From: the human T2T-CHM13v2.0 reference genome, Homo sapiens
NCBI RefSeq assembly: GCF_009914755.1
Contig: NC_060944.1
Length of the DNA stretch: 64,000 bases
Direction: 5' to 3' (one strand)
Below, piece after piece: positions 14,071-28,399 of the stretch (the first letter of the stretch is position 1; each line of letters opens with the position of its first letter). The notes under the pieces are model-generated. The model had not been told where the DNA came from. It did not search any database and saw nothing but the letters and a program-made list of their open reading frames with translations. The position numbers and the translations under genes were made by a program.

Positions 14071-15915
14071 CAATATATATTCTTTCAGAAGAATTTTCAA
14101 TTGAGATATAATTTATATATCTTAAAATTCACCTTAGTAAAATGTATGATTCAGTTGTTTCCAGTATATTAATGAAGATATGCTGGCATCACAACTATCT
14201 AATTCTAGAATCTGTCATCACCCCCAAAAAGAAACCTCATACTTACTAGCAGTCAGTCCTCATTTTCCTCTCTCCCAAGACCCTGCCAACTACAAATCTA
14301 CTTTTTGTCTGTATGGATTGTCTTTTTCTGGAAATTTTATATAAACTAGATCACACAATACATGGTCTTTGTGTCTGGTTTCTTTCACTTAGCATAATGT
14401 TTGCAAGGTTTTTCCATGTTGCAGCATGTATAAAAGTAACTTCATTACTTTTTATACATTTTGTTTGTCCATTCATGAGCTACTGTACAATTAGACTTTT
14501 TCTACTTTTTGGCAATTATAAATAGGCTACTATGAACCTTCAGGTACAAGTTTATATATATATATATCTAGGAATAGAATTTCTGGAGTATATATATATA
14601 AACTGCGAAGCTGTTTTCCAAAGCAACCACACTGTCTAATAACTAACATTCCCACCAACAATGTAAGAAGACTAATTTTTCCACATCCTCACCAACACTT
14701 GTTATTGTCTGTGTTTTGATTATAACTATCCTAGTGGATGTAAGGTGGTAGGTCATTTTGGTTGTGATTTGCACCTTCCTTATGGTTAACGATATGATCT
14801 TATTGGCCATCAGTATACTTTCTTTGGAGTAATGTCTGTTCAAATTTTGCCCATTTTTAAGTTGGGTTATTTGTCTTTTTAGTGTAGAATTACAAGTTCC
14901 TTATATATTATAAACATTAGTCTCTTATCAGCTATATGATTTGCATATTTTTTTCCCATTATGTAGGGTGTATTTTACTTTATTAATAGTGTCCTTTGAA
15001 GCATAGTTACTTTTGATTTTTATGAAGTCCAATTAATCAATATTTTATTGCTTGTGTTTTTGGTATCATATCTAAAAAAACCATTGGCTAATACATGGTC
15101 ACAAAGACTTATGACTATGATTTCTTCTAAGAGTTTTATCATTTTCACTCTTACATTTAGGTCTTTGATTCATTTTGACTTAATTCTTGTATATTCTGAG
15201 ATTTGACTCCAAATTCATTCTTTTTTCAGGTAGATACATAGTTGTTCCGATACCATTTGCTGCAAAAGCTATATTTTCCCCCATTAAATTTTTTTAGCAC
15301 CCCTGTCAAAAATTAATTCATCATAAAAGTATCAATTTATTTCTGGACTTTCAATTATATTGCATTGATCTATGTGTCTACTGTTACATCCATACCACAC
15401 AGTATTGATTCCTGGAGCTTTGTAGTAAGTTTTGAAACTGGAAGTGTGAATTCTCTAACTTTATTCTTTTTTAAAGTTTATTTTCACTATTTTTATCTCT
15501 TTCATTACCAAGTAAATTAAAAAAATACTTTATACTTTTATATATAAAGTATATATAAACTGTGAACGCAGTTACATGTTCACAGCAAAATTGGGCAGAA
15601 GGTATGTGGAATTCCCACATATCCCCAATCACACATAGCCTCCCCCACCCAAATGTTACACCAGAGTAGTACATTTATTACCTTCAAGGGATCTACATTG
15701 GCACATTATTATCACCCAAAGTCCACAGCATATATGAGGTTTCACTCTTGGTGTTACTGGTTTTATGGGTTTTGACAAGTATAAAATGATAAATATTTCA
15801 CTATTATAATATCAAACAAAATAGTTTATCTGCCCTAAAAATCCTCTGTGTTCCACCTATTCATTTCTCTCTCCCCCACCCCACAATTGGAATCACAGAA
15901 TATAGCTTTTTCAAA

Positions 15916-16303
15916 ATGCTCAACACCACTAATGATCATGGAAATGCAAATCAAAACCACAATGTGATACCACCTTACTCCCGCACGAATGGCCATAATT
16001 AAAAAATAAAAAATAATAAATGTTGGCATGGATGTAGTGAAAAGGGAACACTTTTACACTGCTGGTGGGAATGTAGACTAGTACAACCACTGTGGAAAAC
16101 AGTGTGGAGATTTCTTAAAGAACTAAAAGTAGAGCTACCATTTGATCCAGCAGTCCCACTACTGGGTATGTATCCAGAGGAAAAGAAGTCATATGAAAAA
16201 GACACTTGCACACACAGGTTTATAGCAACACAATTCACAATTGCAAAAATATGGAACCAGCCCAAATGCCCACCAATCAACGAGTGCATAAAGAAAATGT
16301 GAC

Positions 16304-16337
<34 letters not shown>

Positions 16338-16707
16338 CATGGAATACTACCCAGTCATAAAAAGGAACAAAATAATGGCATTCGCAGGAATCTGGATGGA
16401 ATTGGAGACCATTCTTCTAAGTGAAGTAACTCAGGAATGGAAAACTAAACATCTTACGTTCTCACTTATAAGTGGGAGCTAAGCTATGAAGATTCAAAGG
16501 CATAAGAATGATACAATGGACTTTGGGGACTCAGGGGAAAGAGAGGGAGCGGGATGAGGGATAAAAGACTATACATTGCGTACAGTGTACACTGCTCGGG
16601 TGATGGGTGCAACAAAATCTCAGAAATCACCACTAAAGAACTTATTCATGTAACCAAACAACACCTGTTCCCTCAAAACCTATTGAAATAAAAAAATGTT
16701 AAAAAAG
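15916..16707 (+). mobile_element. 5'-truncated L1PB1-type element
   Basis: [24 protein letters not shown]2 C-terminus, followed by the L1PB 3'UTR GCATAAGAATGATACAATGGACTTTGGGGACTC...AATCTCAGAAATCACCACTAAAGAAC and an A tail. Confidence 0.9.
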
Positions 16708-16709
16708 AG

Positions 16710-18214
16710 CACCAGTAAGCTACCACTTAACAAGGATGCTGCTAATATTTAGTTCCATTTCTATCTCACCCCTCACCTCACTCTGACTTCACCCTACCAG
16801 TAACAAACATCCCCATCTTGTGGTTACTTTTTACTTCTTTCAAAACTATAATCATATATGAATGTATCCCTAAGCAACATGTTTAATCATGCTAATTTGC
16901 AAGATTTATAGAATATATATCATACCAAAAAAAAGAATATTGCCTTATCAAATTGGCTTATTTCACATAGTAACATGTATTTAAGGTTCTTCCATGTCAT
17001 TTCATGGCTTCCTCGCTCATTTCTTTTTAGTGCTGAATAATATTTCATTGTCTGGATTTACCACAGTTTATCCATTCAGCATTACTGAAGGACATGTTGG
17101 TTGCTTTCAAGTTTTGACAACTATAAATAAAGTTGCTAAAAAATGTGCAGGTTTTGTGGGGACATGTCTTCAATTCATTTGAATAAATACTAAGAAGTGC
17201 AATTGCTGGATCATATCATAAGAGTATGTTTAATTTTCTAAGAAACTGCTAAACTGTCTTTAAAAGTGGCTATACCATTTTGCATTCCTGCCAACAATGA
17301 ATGAGAGTTTCTGTTGCTCCACAACCTTGTCACCATTTGATGTTGCCAGTGTTCTGGATTTTGGCCATTCTGTTATGAATGTAGTGCTATTGCATTGTTG
17401 TTTAAATTTGCAATTCCTTAATGACAAATGACATTGAACATATTTTCGTATGCATATTTTTCATTTCTAAATATGTTCTTTGTATGTGTCTGTTCAGGTT
17501 TATTGCTCATTTTAAAATTGGGTGGTTTGTCTTTTTATTGTTTTTTTGTTGTTGTTGTCAGGGATAGACAAGGTCTTGCTCTGTCACCTGGGCTGGTGCA
17601 CAGTGGCGCAATCATGGCTGTCTGCGGCCTCAACCTCCAGGGCTCTGGTGATACTCCCACACCTCAGCCTCCTGAGTACCTGGGACTACAGACATGCACC
17701 AGCATGCCTGGCTAATTTTTGTATTTTTTGTAGAGTTGGGGTTTTGCCATTTTTCCCAGGCTGGTCTCAAACTCCTGAGCTCAAGTAATCTTCATTGTTG
17801 AGTTTTAAGGGTTGTTGATATATTTTGGGTAACAGTCTTTTATCTGATATATCCTTTCGGTCTGTGGCTTGTCTTCTCATTCTCTTGGCAATGTCTTTTG
17901 CAGAGCAGAAGTTTTTAATTTTAGTGAAATCCCACTTATCAATCTCTTCTTTCAGATTGTGCTTTTGATGTTGTATCTAAAAAGCCATACATCACACCAA
18001 TAAACCTACCACTTAACAAGGATGCTGCTAATGTTTAGTTCCATTTCTATCTCACCCCTCACTTCATTCTGACTTCACCCTCCCAGTAACAAGCATCCCC
18101 ATCTTGTGGTTACTTTTTACTTCTTTCAAAACTATAATCATATATGAATGATCCCTAAGCAACATAATGTTTAATCATGCTAATTTTCAAGATTTATAAA
18201 ATATATATCATACC
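16710..18214 (+). repeat. Direct repeat of ~215 bp (copies at 16710-16926 and 17995-18214)
   Basis: Manual alignment gives roughly 10 substitutions and 3 small indels. Confidence 0.95.
17541..17793 (-). mobile_element. AluJ, 5'-truncated
   Basis: Antisense Alu with J diagnostics (CAAACTCCTGAGCTCAAG; GCAATCATGGCT). Confidence 0.85.
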
Positions 18215-18586
18215 CAAGGTCACCAAGATTTTCTCCTATGTTATCTTCTAGGAGTTTTATAGTTTGTTACATTTAGGTAATGATCAAGTTCGAGTTAATC
18301 TTTGTGAAAAGTGTAAGTTAATCTTTGTGTAAGGTCTGTCTAGATTTATTTATTTAAAAGTAGATGCAGTTATTCCAGCACTATTTGTTGGAAAGACTAT
18401 CCTTTCTCCATTGAATTGCTCTTGCTTTTTTGTCAAAGATCAATTGACTATATTTATGTGGGTCTATTCCAGGCCCCTTTATTCCATTCCACTGAGCTAC
18501 TTGTCTATTCTTTTGCAAATTCTTTGCCAAGGCTTATATTGCTTTAAAGTCGGAAACTGTCAATTCCCTGACTTTGTTGTTCTTTA

Positions 18587-20323
18587 TTATTTTTTTTATT
18601 ATACTTTAAGTTCTAGGGTACTGGCGCACAATGTGCAGGTTTGTTACATATGTATACATGTGCCATGTTGGTGTGCTACACCCATTAACTCATCATTTAC
18701 ATTAGGTATATCTCCTAATGCTGTCCCTCCCTGCTGTCCCAACCCCACTACAGGCCCCGGTGTGTGATGATCCCCACCCTGTGTCCAAGTGTTCTCATTG
18801 TTCAGTTCCCACCTATGAGTGAGAACATGCAGTGTTTGGTTTTCTGTCCTTGTGATAGTTTGCTCAGAGTGATGGTTTCCAGCTCCATCCATGTTCCTAC
18901 AAAGGACACGAACTCATCCTTTTTTATGGCTGCATAGTATTTCATGGTGTATATGTGCCACATTTTCTTAATCCAGTCTATCATTGATGGACATTTGGGT
19001 TGGTTCCAAGTCTTTGCTATTGTGAATAGTGCCGCAATAAACATATGTGTGCATGTGTCTTTATAGCAGCATGTTTTATAATCCTTTGGGTATATACCCT
19101 GTAATGGGATGGCTGGGTGAAATGGTATTTCTAGTTCTATATCCTTGAGGAATTGCCACACTGTCTTCCACAATGGTTGAACTAGTTTACACTCCCACCA
19201 ACAGTGTAAAAGTGTTCCTATTTCTCCACATCCTCTCCAGCACCTGTTGTTTCCTGACTTTTTAATGATCGCCATTCTAACTGGTGTGAGATGGTATCTC
19301 ATTGTGGTTTTGATTTGCATTCCTCTGATGACCAGTGATGATGAGCATTTTTTCATGTGTCCGTTGTCTGCATAAATGTCTTCTTTTGAGAAGTGTCTGA
19401 TCATATCCTTTGCCCACTTTTTGATGGGGTTGTTTGCTTTTTTCTTGTAAATTTGTTTAAGTTCTTTGTAGATTCTGGATATTAGCCCTTTGTCGGATGA
19501 GTAGATTGTAAAAATTTTCTCCCATTCTGTAGGTTGCCTGTTCACTCTGATGGTAGTTTCTTTTGCTGTGCAGAAGCTCTTTAGTTTAATTAGATCCCAT
19601 TTGTCTATTTTGGCTTTGGTTGCCAATGCTTTTGGTGTTTTAGTCATGAAGTCCTTGTCCATGCCTATGTCCTGAATGGTATTGCCTAGGTTTTCTTCTA
19701 GGGTTTTGATGGTTTTAGGTGTAACATGTAAGTCTTTAATCCATCTTGAATTAATTTTTGTACAAGGTGTAAGGAAGGGATCCAGTTTCAGCTTTCTACA
19801 TATGGCTAGCCAGTTTTCCCAGCACCATTTATTAAATAGGGAATCCTTTCCCCATTTCTTGTTTTTGTCAGGTTTGTCAAAGATCAGATGGTTGTAGATG
19901 TGTGGTATTATTTCTGAGGGCTCTGTTCTGTTCCATTGGTCTGTATCTCTGTTCGGTACCAGTCCCATGCTGTTTTGGTTACTGTAGCCTTGTAGTATAG
20001 TTTGAAGTCAGGCAGCGTGATGCCTCCAGCTTTGTTCTCTGTGCTTAGGATTGTCTTGGCAATGCGGGCTCTTTTTTGGTTCCACATGAACTTTAAAGTA
20101 GTTTTTTCCAACTCTGTGAAGAAAGCCATTGGTAGCTTGATGGGGATGGCATTGAATCTGTAAATTACCTTGGGCAGTATGGCCATTTTCACAATATTGA
20201 TTCTTCCTATCGTTGAGCATGGAATGTTCTTCCATTTGTTTGTGTCCTCTTTTATTTCGTTGAGCAGTGGTTTGTAGTTCTCCTTGAAGAGATCCTTCAC
20301 ATCCCTTGTAAGTTGGATTCCTA
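18587..20323 (-). mobile_element. 5'-truncated L1PA (about PA4-PA6), ORF2 C-terminal part plus 3'UTR
   Basis: ORFs 19908-20300 and 18802-19968 are L1 ORF2 split by one frameshift (includes [18 protein letters not shown]). Perfect 17-bp TSD GACTTTGTTGTTCTTTA at 18570-18586 and 20324-20340. Confidence 0.95.
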
Positions 20324-20392
20324 GACTTTGTTGTTCTTTAATATTGTTTTGGTTATTCTAGGTCTTTTGCCTCTCCAAAAAATTTTAGAATT

Positions 20393-20761
20393 TGATATGG
20401 TTTGGCTGTGTCCTGACCCAAATCTCATCTTGAATCGTAACTCCCACAATTCCCAAGTATTGTGGGAGGAACCCATTGAGAGGTAATTGAAAAATGGGGG
20501 CGGGTGTTTCTCATGCTGTTCTCATGTTATTGAATAAGTCTCAAAAGATCTGGTGCTTTTAAAAATGGGAGTTTTCCTCCACAATCTCTCTCTCTTTGCC
20601 TGCTGCCATCTATGTAAGACGTGACTTGCTCCTCCTTGCCTTCTGCCATGATTGTGAGGCCTCCCCAGCCATGAGGAATGTAAATCCATTAAACCTCTAT
20701 CTTTTGGAATTGCCCAGTCTTGGGTATGTCTTTATCAGCAGCATGAAAATGGACCAATACA
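20393..20761 (+). mobile_element. THE1A/THE1B solo LTR
   Basis: TGATATGGTTTGGCTGTGTCC...GTAAGACGTGACTTGCTCCTCC...CAATACA, with TSD GAATT/GAAAT. Confidence 0.9.
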
Positions 20762-20875
20762 GAAATAATTTATATCAAAAATAACTTTTTGGGATTTAGA
20801 TTTGTATTGCATTGAAATATAGATGAAGTTGGGAAGAGCTGACATCTTGAAACTGTTGAGTCTTTATGTTCATAA

Positions 20876-21251
<376 letters not shown>

Positions 21252-24200
21252 CCTCATAAATTTCTTATACATATTTTGTTAAGTTTTTATGTAAGTATTT
21301 TATTTTTTAACACTAATGTAAATAGTATTGTGTTTTAAATTTCAAATTCCAATTGTTCGTTGATGGTAAAGAGGAAAGCAATTGGCTTTTGAATATTTAT
21401 CTCATATCCTGTAACTTTGCTGTAATTATCTATAAGTTCTGGGAGTTTTGGTTTGTTTATTTTTTGATCAATTTTTTGAATTTTCTGCATAGACCATTAT
21501 ATCATCACTGAAAAAAAATGTTTTATGTCTTATTTTTCAATCAGTATACCTTTTATTTCTTTTTCTTATTGCATTAGCTTTGATTTCAAGCATGGTGTTG
21601 AAATGATGAGAAGGGACATCTTTATTTTGTTCCTGATTTTAGTAAAAAAAAAAAGAGATTTTAGTTTCTCACCATTAAGTATGATTTTAGCTGTAGGTTT
21701 CTTATAGATGCTCCTTATCAAGTTGAAGAAGTTCTCTATCCCTAGTTTGCTGAGGGTTTTTATCATAAAAAAGTTAGATTTTGTCAAATGCTTTTTCTGT
21801 ATCTATTTATATGATAATGTTATTTTTCTTCATTAACCTGTCAATGTGATGGCTTACATTAATTGATTTTCAAATGTTGAATCAGCCTTGCATACCCCCA
21901 CTCGAGGTGGTGATAAATCCTGCTTGGTCTTCGTGTATAGTTTTTTTACACATTGTATTCAATCTGCTAATATTTTATTGAAAATTTTTGAATCCATGTT
22001 CATGAGAGATATTGGCCTGTATTTTTCTTTCCTCACTGTGTCTGTGGTTTAAGTATCAGTTTGCCTCATATAATGTATTAGAAAGTAATTTCTCTGCTTC
22101 TACCATATCAATGAAATTGTAGAGACTTGGTATAATTTATTACTTAAATATTTGGTAGAATTAACCAATGAACCCATCTAGGCCTGGTACTTTATGTTTT
22201 GAAAGGTTATTAATATTTGATTCAATTTCTTCAATACATGTAGGCATATTTAGATTATCTACCTTTCCTTGTGTGAATTGTGATAAACTGTGTCTTTAAA
22301 GAGATTGGTCCATGTTATCTATGTTGTCTAATTCACAGGCATATAGTTGTTCACACTATTTATTATTCTTTTAATGTCCATGGAATCTGTAGTGATGTCC
22401 CCTCTTTAATATCTGATATTAGTAATTTGTGTCTTCTCTTTTTTTCTTAATTAGATAGGCTAGAGGTTTATCAATTTCATCCATCTTTTAAAAGAACCAA
22501 ATTTGAATTTCATTGATCTTCTCTATAGATTTCCTATTTTTAATTTTATTAATTTCGACATTAATTTTTATTATTTATTTTCTTATGTTTGGTTTGGATT
22601 AATTACTCTTATTTTTCAGTTTACTAAGGAAAACCTCACACTACTCATCTTAGATCTTTCTTCTTTTATAATAAATGCATTCAATGTTATAAATTTTCTT
22701 CTTAGCATTGCTTTTGCTATATCCCATAAATTTTGATATTTTATTTTTATTTAGTTCAAAATATTGTAAAATTTTTTTGAAATATCTTCTTTGATTTGTG
22801 TATATTTGGAAGTGCGTTATTTAATCTCCAAGTATTTGGGGGTTTTCCACATATCTTTCTGTTATTTATTCAAGTTTAATTCCATCGTAGTCTGAGAGCA
22901 GACATTGTATGATTTTCATTCTTTTGAATTTGTTAGGGCATATTCTATGGCCAAGAATGTGATCTGTTTTTGTGAATGTTTATGTGAACTTCAAAATAAT
23001 GTGTATTCTTTTGCTGTTGAATGAAGTATTTGATACAGATGTCAATTATATCTCATTTTTTGAGTTTAACTGTGCCCTTGCTGAATTTCTACCTGCTCTA
23101 TCTGTCCATTCTCATAGAGGGTTGTTGAAGTTGCCAACTACAATAATGGATTCATCTCTTTGTCCTTCAAGTTCTATCAATTTTTGCCTCATACATTTTG
23201 ACACTCGGGTAAGTGCCTGCTCATTAAGGGTATTTATGTCTTCTTGGATAACTGATCTCTTTATCATTATGTAATACCCCTCTTTATCACTGATAAATTT
23301 TCCTTCTCTGCTACCTGATATACCTGAAATTAATATAGTTACTCTAGCTTTCTTTTGATTCATGCTAGCATGGTATATATTTCTCCATCCCATTACTTTT
23401 AACCTGTATTTTTCTTTATATTTAAAGTGGATTTCCTGTAGACACCATATCACTAGGTCTTGTTTTTTGATCCACTCTGACAATGTCTTTTAATTGGTTT
23501 ATCTAGACCATTGACATCTGAAGTGATTATTGATATAGTTGGATTGATGTCTACCATATTTGTTACTGTTTTTTATTTATTACTCTTGTGATCTGTTTTA
23601 ATTTTTTTCTTCCACTCTTTTTCTGGCTTTTTGTGGTTGTGTTTGAGCATTTTATGTAAATACATTTTCTCCTCATTCTTAGCGTATGAATTATATTTCT
23701 TTTTATTTTAGTGTTTGCCTTAGAGTTTGTAATGTACACTTACAATGAATCCAAGTCCACTTTCAAATAACACTATATTGCTTCATGGGCAGTGCAAGTA
23801 CCCTATAATAACACAACGTTACTATTTTCTATCTCCTGTTCCTCATATCATTAATGTCATTTATTTCACTTGTCCATTATATATATATGCATATATATAA
23901 AAGTGTATATATATAAGCATATATATATAATATAAAGAGGGTTGCTGTTATTATTTTGAACAATTATTTTCTATTATATCAACTAAGAATAAGAAAATTA
24001 AAGTTTTCATTTTACCTTAACCAATTCTTCTTTGCTGCTTTCCCTTTCTTTATGTAGATCCAAGTTTCTGATCTATATCATTTTCCTTCTCTTTTACAGG
24101 TTTTCAACATTTCTTGCAAGGCAGGTCTACTTGCAACACATTCCTTCAGTTTTTGTTTGTCTGAGAAAGTCTTTACTTCTCTTTCACATTTAAAAGATAA

Positions 24201-27137
24201 TTCCATAGGGTGCAGAAGTCTAGTTTGATGTTTTTTTTAACCAACACTTTTAATATTTCCCTCTACTCTCTTCTTGCTTGCATGGTTTCTGAGAAGCTTG
24301 ATGTAATTCTTATCTTTGCTCCTGTATAGGTATCTCCCCACCCCCTGTTTTTTTTTTTCAAGATTTGTTCTTGAATATATTCTAGGTGTAGTTGTTTTGG
24401 CACTTAACCTGGGTAGTGTTCTTTGATCTTGCTAGATCTGTGGTTTGGTGTCTGACATTAATTTGGGGGAAATTTCCAGTCATTATTTTCTCCTCAAGAT
24501 ATTTGTATTCCTTTCTCTTTTTCTGATATTGTCATTTTAAGCTTGTTTACACCTTTTTTAGTTGTTCCACAGTTCTTGGATATTCTGTTCTATCTTTTTC
24601 CAGTGTTCTTTTTGCTTTTCATTTGTGATTTTCTACTGACATATCTTCAAGCTCAGAGATTCCTTCATCTGTGAGCTATGTCCAGTCTACTAATGAGCTT
24701 ATCAAATTATCTCTAGCCTTTCACTTTGGATTGTTTATTAGAAGTTCTATCTCTCTGCTTACATTGCCCATCTGTCCTTACATGTTGTCTACTTTATCTG
24801 TTGGAACTCTTACCATATTAATTGTAGTCATTTTAAATTCATGGTTTGATAATCTCAACATCTCTGCCATATCTACATCTGGGTCCAATGCTTGCACTGT
24901 CTCTTCAAACCTCGTTTTTGTTTTGTTTTGTTTTGTTTTGTTTTAGTATGCCATCTAATTCTTTTTTCATACTTGGACATGATGTATTGGTTAAGTGGAA
25001 CTGTAGTAATAGGCCTTCTGTGACGTGATGATAAGGTGTGAAGTGGAAGGAAAGCAATCTACGGTTTTATGATTAGGTCTCAGCACTATAGTGAGCCTAT
25101 CCCTCTGACCTGTGAACTTCACAGAGCACCACAATTCTCCCCAACCTCTACACGTTTGCTGGGAACAAATATTTACAGTTAACCCGAGTTTGATATTTCC
25201 CTTCTGTCAGATCAGTTAGTCTGTTACAAAAACTCCATTATTTCAGGCTCTGGTAAAATAGTTTCCTTTGAAAGCAGGACTTGTTAAAAACAAAGTCCTC
25301 TGGCATATTTCGAAATGGTTATTTTCACCCTCTCCTATTAGAAGTATGAAAGGATTTTTCTCTGATACTCACCAAGAGAATCCGGTGGAGCATTTGAGAG
25401 GAGCATTTACAAAAGTGTAGCTGAGTGGGTTTCTATGACTACCCCATCCCAAAAGTGATTAACACTCAGATTTGTCCACTCTGAGTCTAGCAATTCCAGA
25501 AACTTGTCATTTACGGTTCAGGTTTTCCTCTCCTGGTAATGATTCCCTCGTAAATGTCTGCTCAGGGGTTTCCACTCTAACAAGTTGTGATTTTCTGTGT
25601 TTGCCTGTCTCCCTGATTTTAAGCACAGTAGTTTGCCTAGCTGTAATGGATCTAAGAGTTGTTGATTGTTCAATTGGTTCAGGTTTTTACTTGCTAAGAC
25701 AGAGCAATGACTTCCAAGCTCTCTATATGCTGGACCACAAACTGGAAGTTCATTTCTATATGAATTTGAAGATCAGCTTGTTAGTATATGCAAAAGGGCA
25801 CCTCGAATTTTATAAATATTACATTTAAACTGTAAATGAATTTAAAGAATATGGTATCTTAATTCCAATCCATAAATACAGGATGTCTTTTCACTTTTTA
25901 GGTTTCCTTTAGTTTCTTTCAATGATGTTTTATAGATTTCAGTGCACTTTTTTTTAAATTTATTCATAAATGTTTTATTCTTTTTGATAGTATTGTAACT
26001 GGAATGACTTTAATTTTATTTTCATTGAGAATATTTTCTTCTATTTGTACCTCTGTTGAGTATTTTTATCATGCAGCGTGTTGAGTTTAGTCAACTGCTT
26101 TTTTTGGCCTCACTAAAGGTGATCATGTGTTTTTTGCCCTTTATTGATATGCTGTTTCATTGGTTGATTTTTGTATGTTGAACTAACCTTGCATACCTGT
26201 GATAATTTCCGCTTGCTCACGGTGTTAAAACTATTTGTATGTGTTGCTGGATTCAGTCTGTAAATATTTTGTTGAGGACATTTTATCTATATTTAAAGGA
26301 ATGTCAGTTTGTAGTTTTCTTTTCTTGTGATGTTATTGGTTTTGGAATCAGAAAAATGCTGGTCTTATAGAACGAGTTGGGAAGTATTCCTTTCTCTTCT
26401 AATTTTAGAAGGGTCTATGAAGGATTGGTGTTAATTCTTCCATTAACATTTGATATAACTCATTGGATAAGCCATCTAGTCCTGAGATTTTCTTTATGAG
26501 AAGTTTTTTCTTACTAATTTAATCTCTTGTTATAGGTATATTCAGATATGATCTTTCTTCTTGAGTCAGCTTTGGTAATTTGTACATCTCATGAATTTGT
26601 CCATTTCATCTAGGTTATCTAATTTTTTGTATATAATTTTTTATAATATTATCTTATAATTCTTATTTTTATAATTACTAAAATTTCTAACTTGAGTCTT
26701 CCGTCTTATTTTCTGGGTCAGTCTCACTAGAGATTTGTTAGTTTTGTTGATCTTTTCAAAGACTCAACTTTTGGTCTCATTGATTTCTTTCATTTTTTTT
26801 CTCCCTATTCTCTGTTTCACTATTTTTACTCCAATCTTTATTCTTTCCCCCCTTTGCTAGCTTTTTGGTGTACTTTGCTCTTCTTTTTCTAGCTTACTAA
26901 AGTGGAAGATTAGGTTGTTTATTTGATTTTTTTAAAATAGGTATTTATAGATGTCATTTTTCTCAAAGCACTGCCTTTTTTTTTTTTTTTTTGGTTCTGT
27001 GGGGACAAAGTGCCTGAAGTTTACCTCTATACACAGCAGAATGTGGGTTCAGTTTCATAGCAGCAATAATTGGTTGGGAAAGGCTTTGCAGCTTTCTATG
27101 AAGGCAAGTCACATGGGATTTTATTTATTTATTTATT

Positions 27138-27450
27138 TATAAAAACAGAAATGTATTTCCACAGTTCTGGAGGCTAAACATACAAGATCAGGGTGCTATG
27201 CATGGTTGTGTTCTGGTGAGGACCTCTTCTAGGTTGCAGATTGCTGTTTTCTTTTTGTATCCTCACACAGCAGAAAGAGGAGGTAAGAGCTCTCTGGGGT
27301 CTCTTTTACAAGGGTTCTAATCCCATTCATGAGGACTCCATCCTCAAGATTTACTTACCTCTCAAAGACTCCACCTCCTAATACTATCAATTGGGAATTA
27401 GGATTTCAGCATAAGAATTTGGGGGGAACACAAACATTCAGTTCCTAACA
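27138..27450 (-). mobile_element. MLT1A/MSTD-type LTR, partial
   Basis: CACAGTTCTGGAGGCT...CTAATCCCATTCATGAGG...GGGGAACACAAACATTCAG. Confidence 0.8.
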
Positions 27451-27469
27451 GATTTTTTTAATGTAATTT

Positions 27470-27820
27470 ATGTAATCATTTTCTTACTTTTAGGCATTTA
27501 GATTGTTTTCTACCTCTGCAGTAAATAATACTATAGTAGTGAGCATTAAAAATATATAAACCTGTGTCATTTTTTCCCCTATATATTTCCTTAGGCTTTA
27601 TGAATGACTAAGTCAAAAAGTGCAGGTATTTTTAGGTTCTGAATATACAGCTTTCCTGAAAGATTGTACTGCTTCACACTCATATCAATTTTCTCACTAT
27701 ACTCTTGCCACCATTTAGAATAACCTTTTTTATTTCTTTTAGTCTTATTAACTTGGTAAAATAATTATGTCTCATTGCTTTACTTTTCATTTATTTGACT
27801 ATAATGAAACTTTTAAAAAG
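27470..27820 (-). mobile_element. Highly diverged L1ME-type fragment
   Basis: GGCATTTAGATTGTTTTC...ATATTTCCTTAGG...GATTGTAC...TCTCATTGCTTTACTTTTCATTTATTTGACTA. Confidence 0.55.
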
Positions 27821-28084
27821 GAAAATGATAGCATGTTTCTAATGGATAGTGTGTTCAAATATTGACAGTTTGTAAATATTATTCACAAAGATGCGTCTGA
27901 CTCCTTTGTCTAAGATTTGGGGCCAAATCTGTAGGTGGTGGTCATGTGAATTCTGGGAATGCAATGTGTTTTTTTAAAGGGACTTCTTTCTAGTGTATTG
28001 TCTTTAGAAGCATCTTTTGAAATTTTTTTGAAGCTCCCCTTTTTTTCACAGGTTCTCGAACCTTGAGACAGTAAATCAGTATTA

Positions 28085-28331
28085 TAATCACAGCTAACGT
28101 TTACTGAGTACTTACAATTATTTGCTAGGTGTCTTGCCAAGCACTCTACTTGTATTAGCTCACTTAATGTTCATAACCACCCTATAAGATGTACAAAGCT
28201 TTTATTTACATTTTACAAATGGGGATTCTTGAGTACATAGAGATTAAGATATTTGGTCAAAGTTACAAAGTTAGTAAGCAGCAGTACCTGGATCTGTACT
28301 CAGACATTCCGGCTCTAAAGCCATACTCTTA
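28085..28331 (-). mobile_element. MIR, near full length
   Basis: CAGCTAACGTTTACTGAGTACTTAC...CATTTTACAAATGGGG...GGCTCTAAAGCC. Confidence 0.8.
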
Positions 28332-28399
28332 GGTACTCTGATTCCTGGCAAGATTACTGACTTTGGGATGGTTTTCTTCTAAACATGTAATCTGGTTTA

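Noticed and set aside
18802-20300. 388-aa and 130-aa ORFs as a functional gene
   Set aside because: They are the C-terminal part of L1 ORF2 in a 5'-truncated, frameshifted, promoterless copy.
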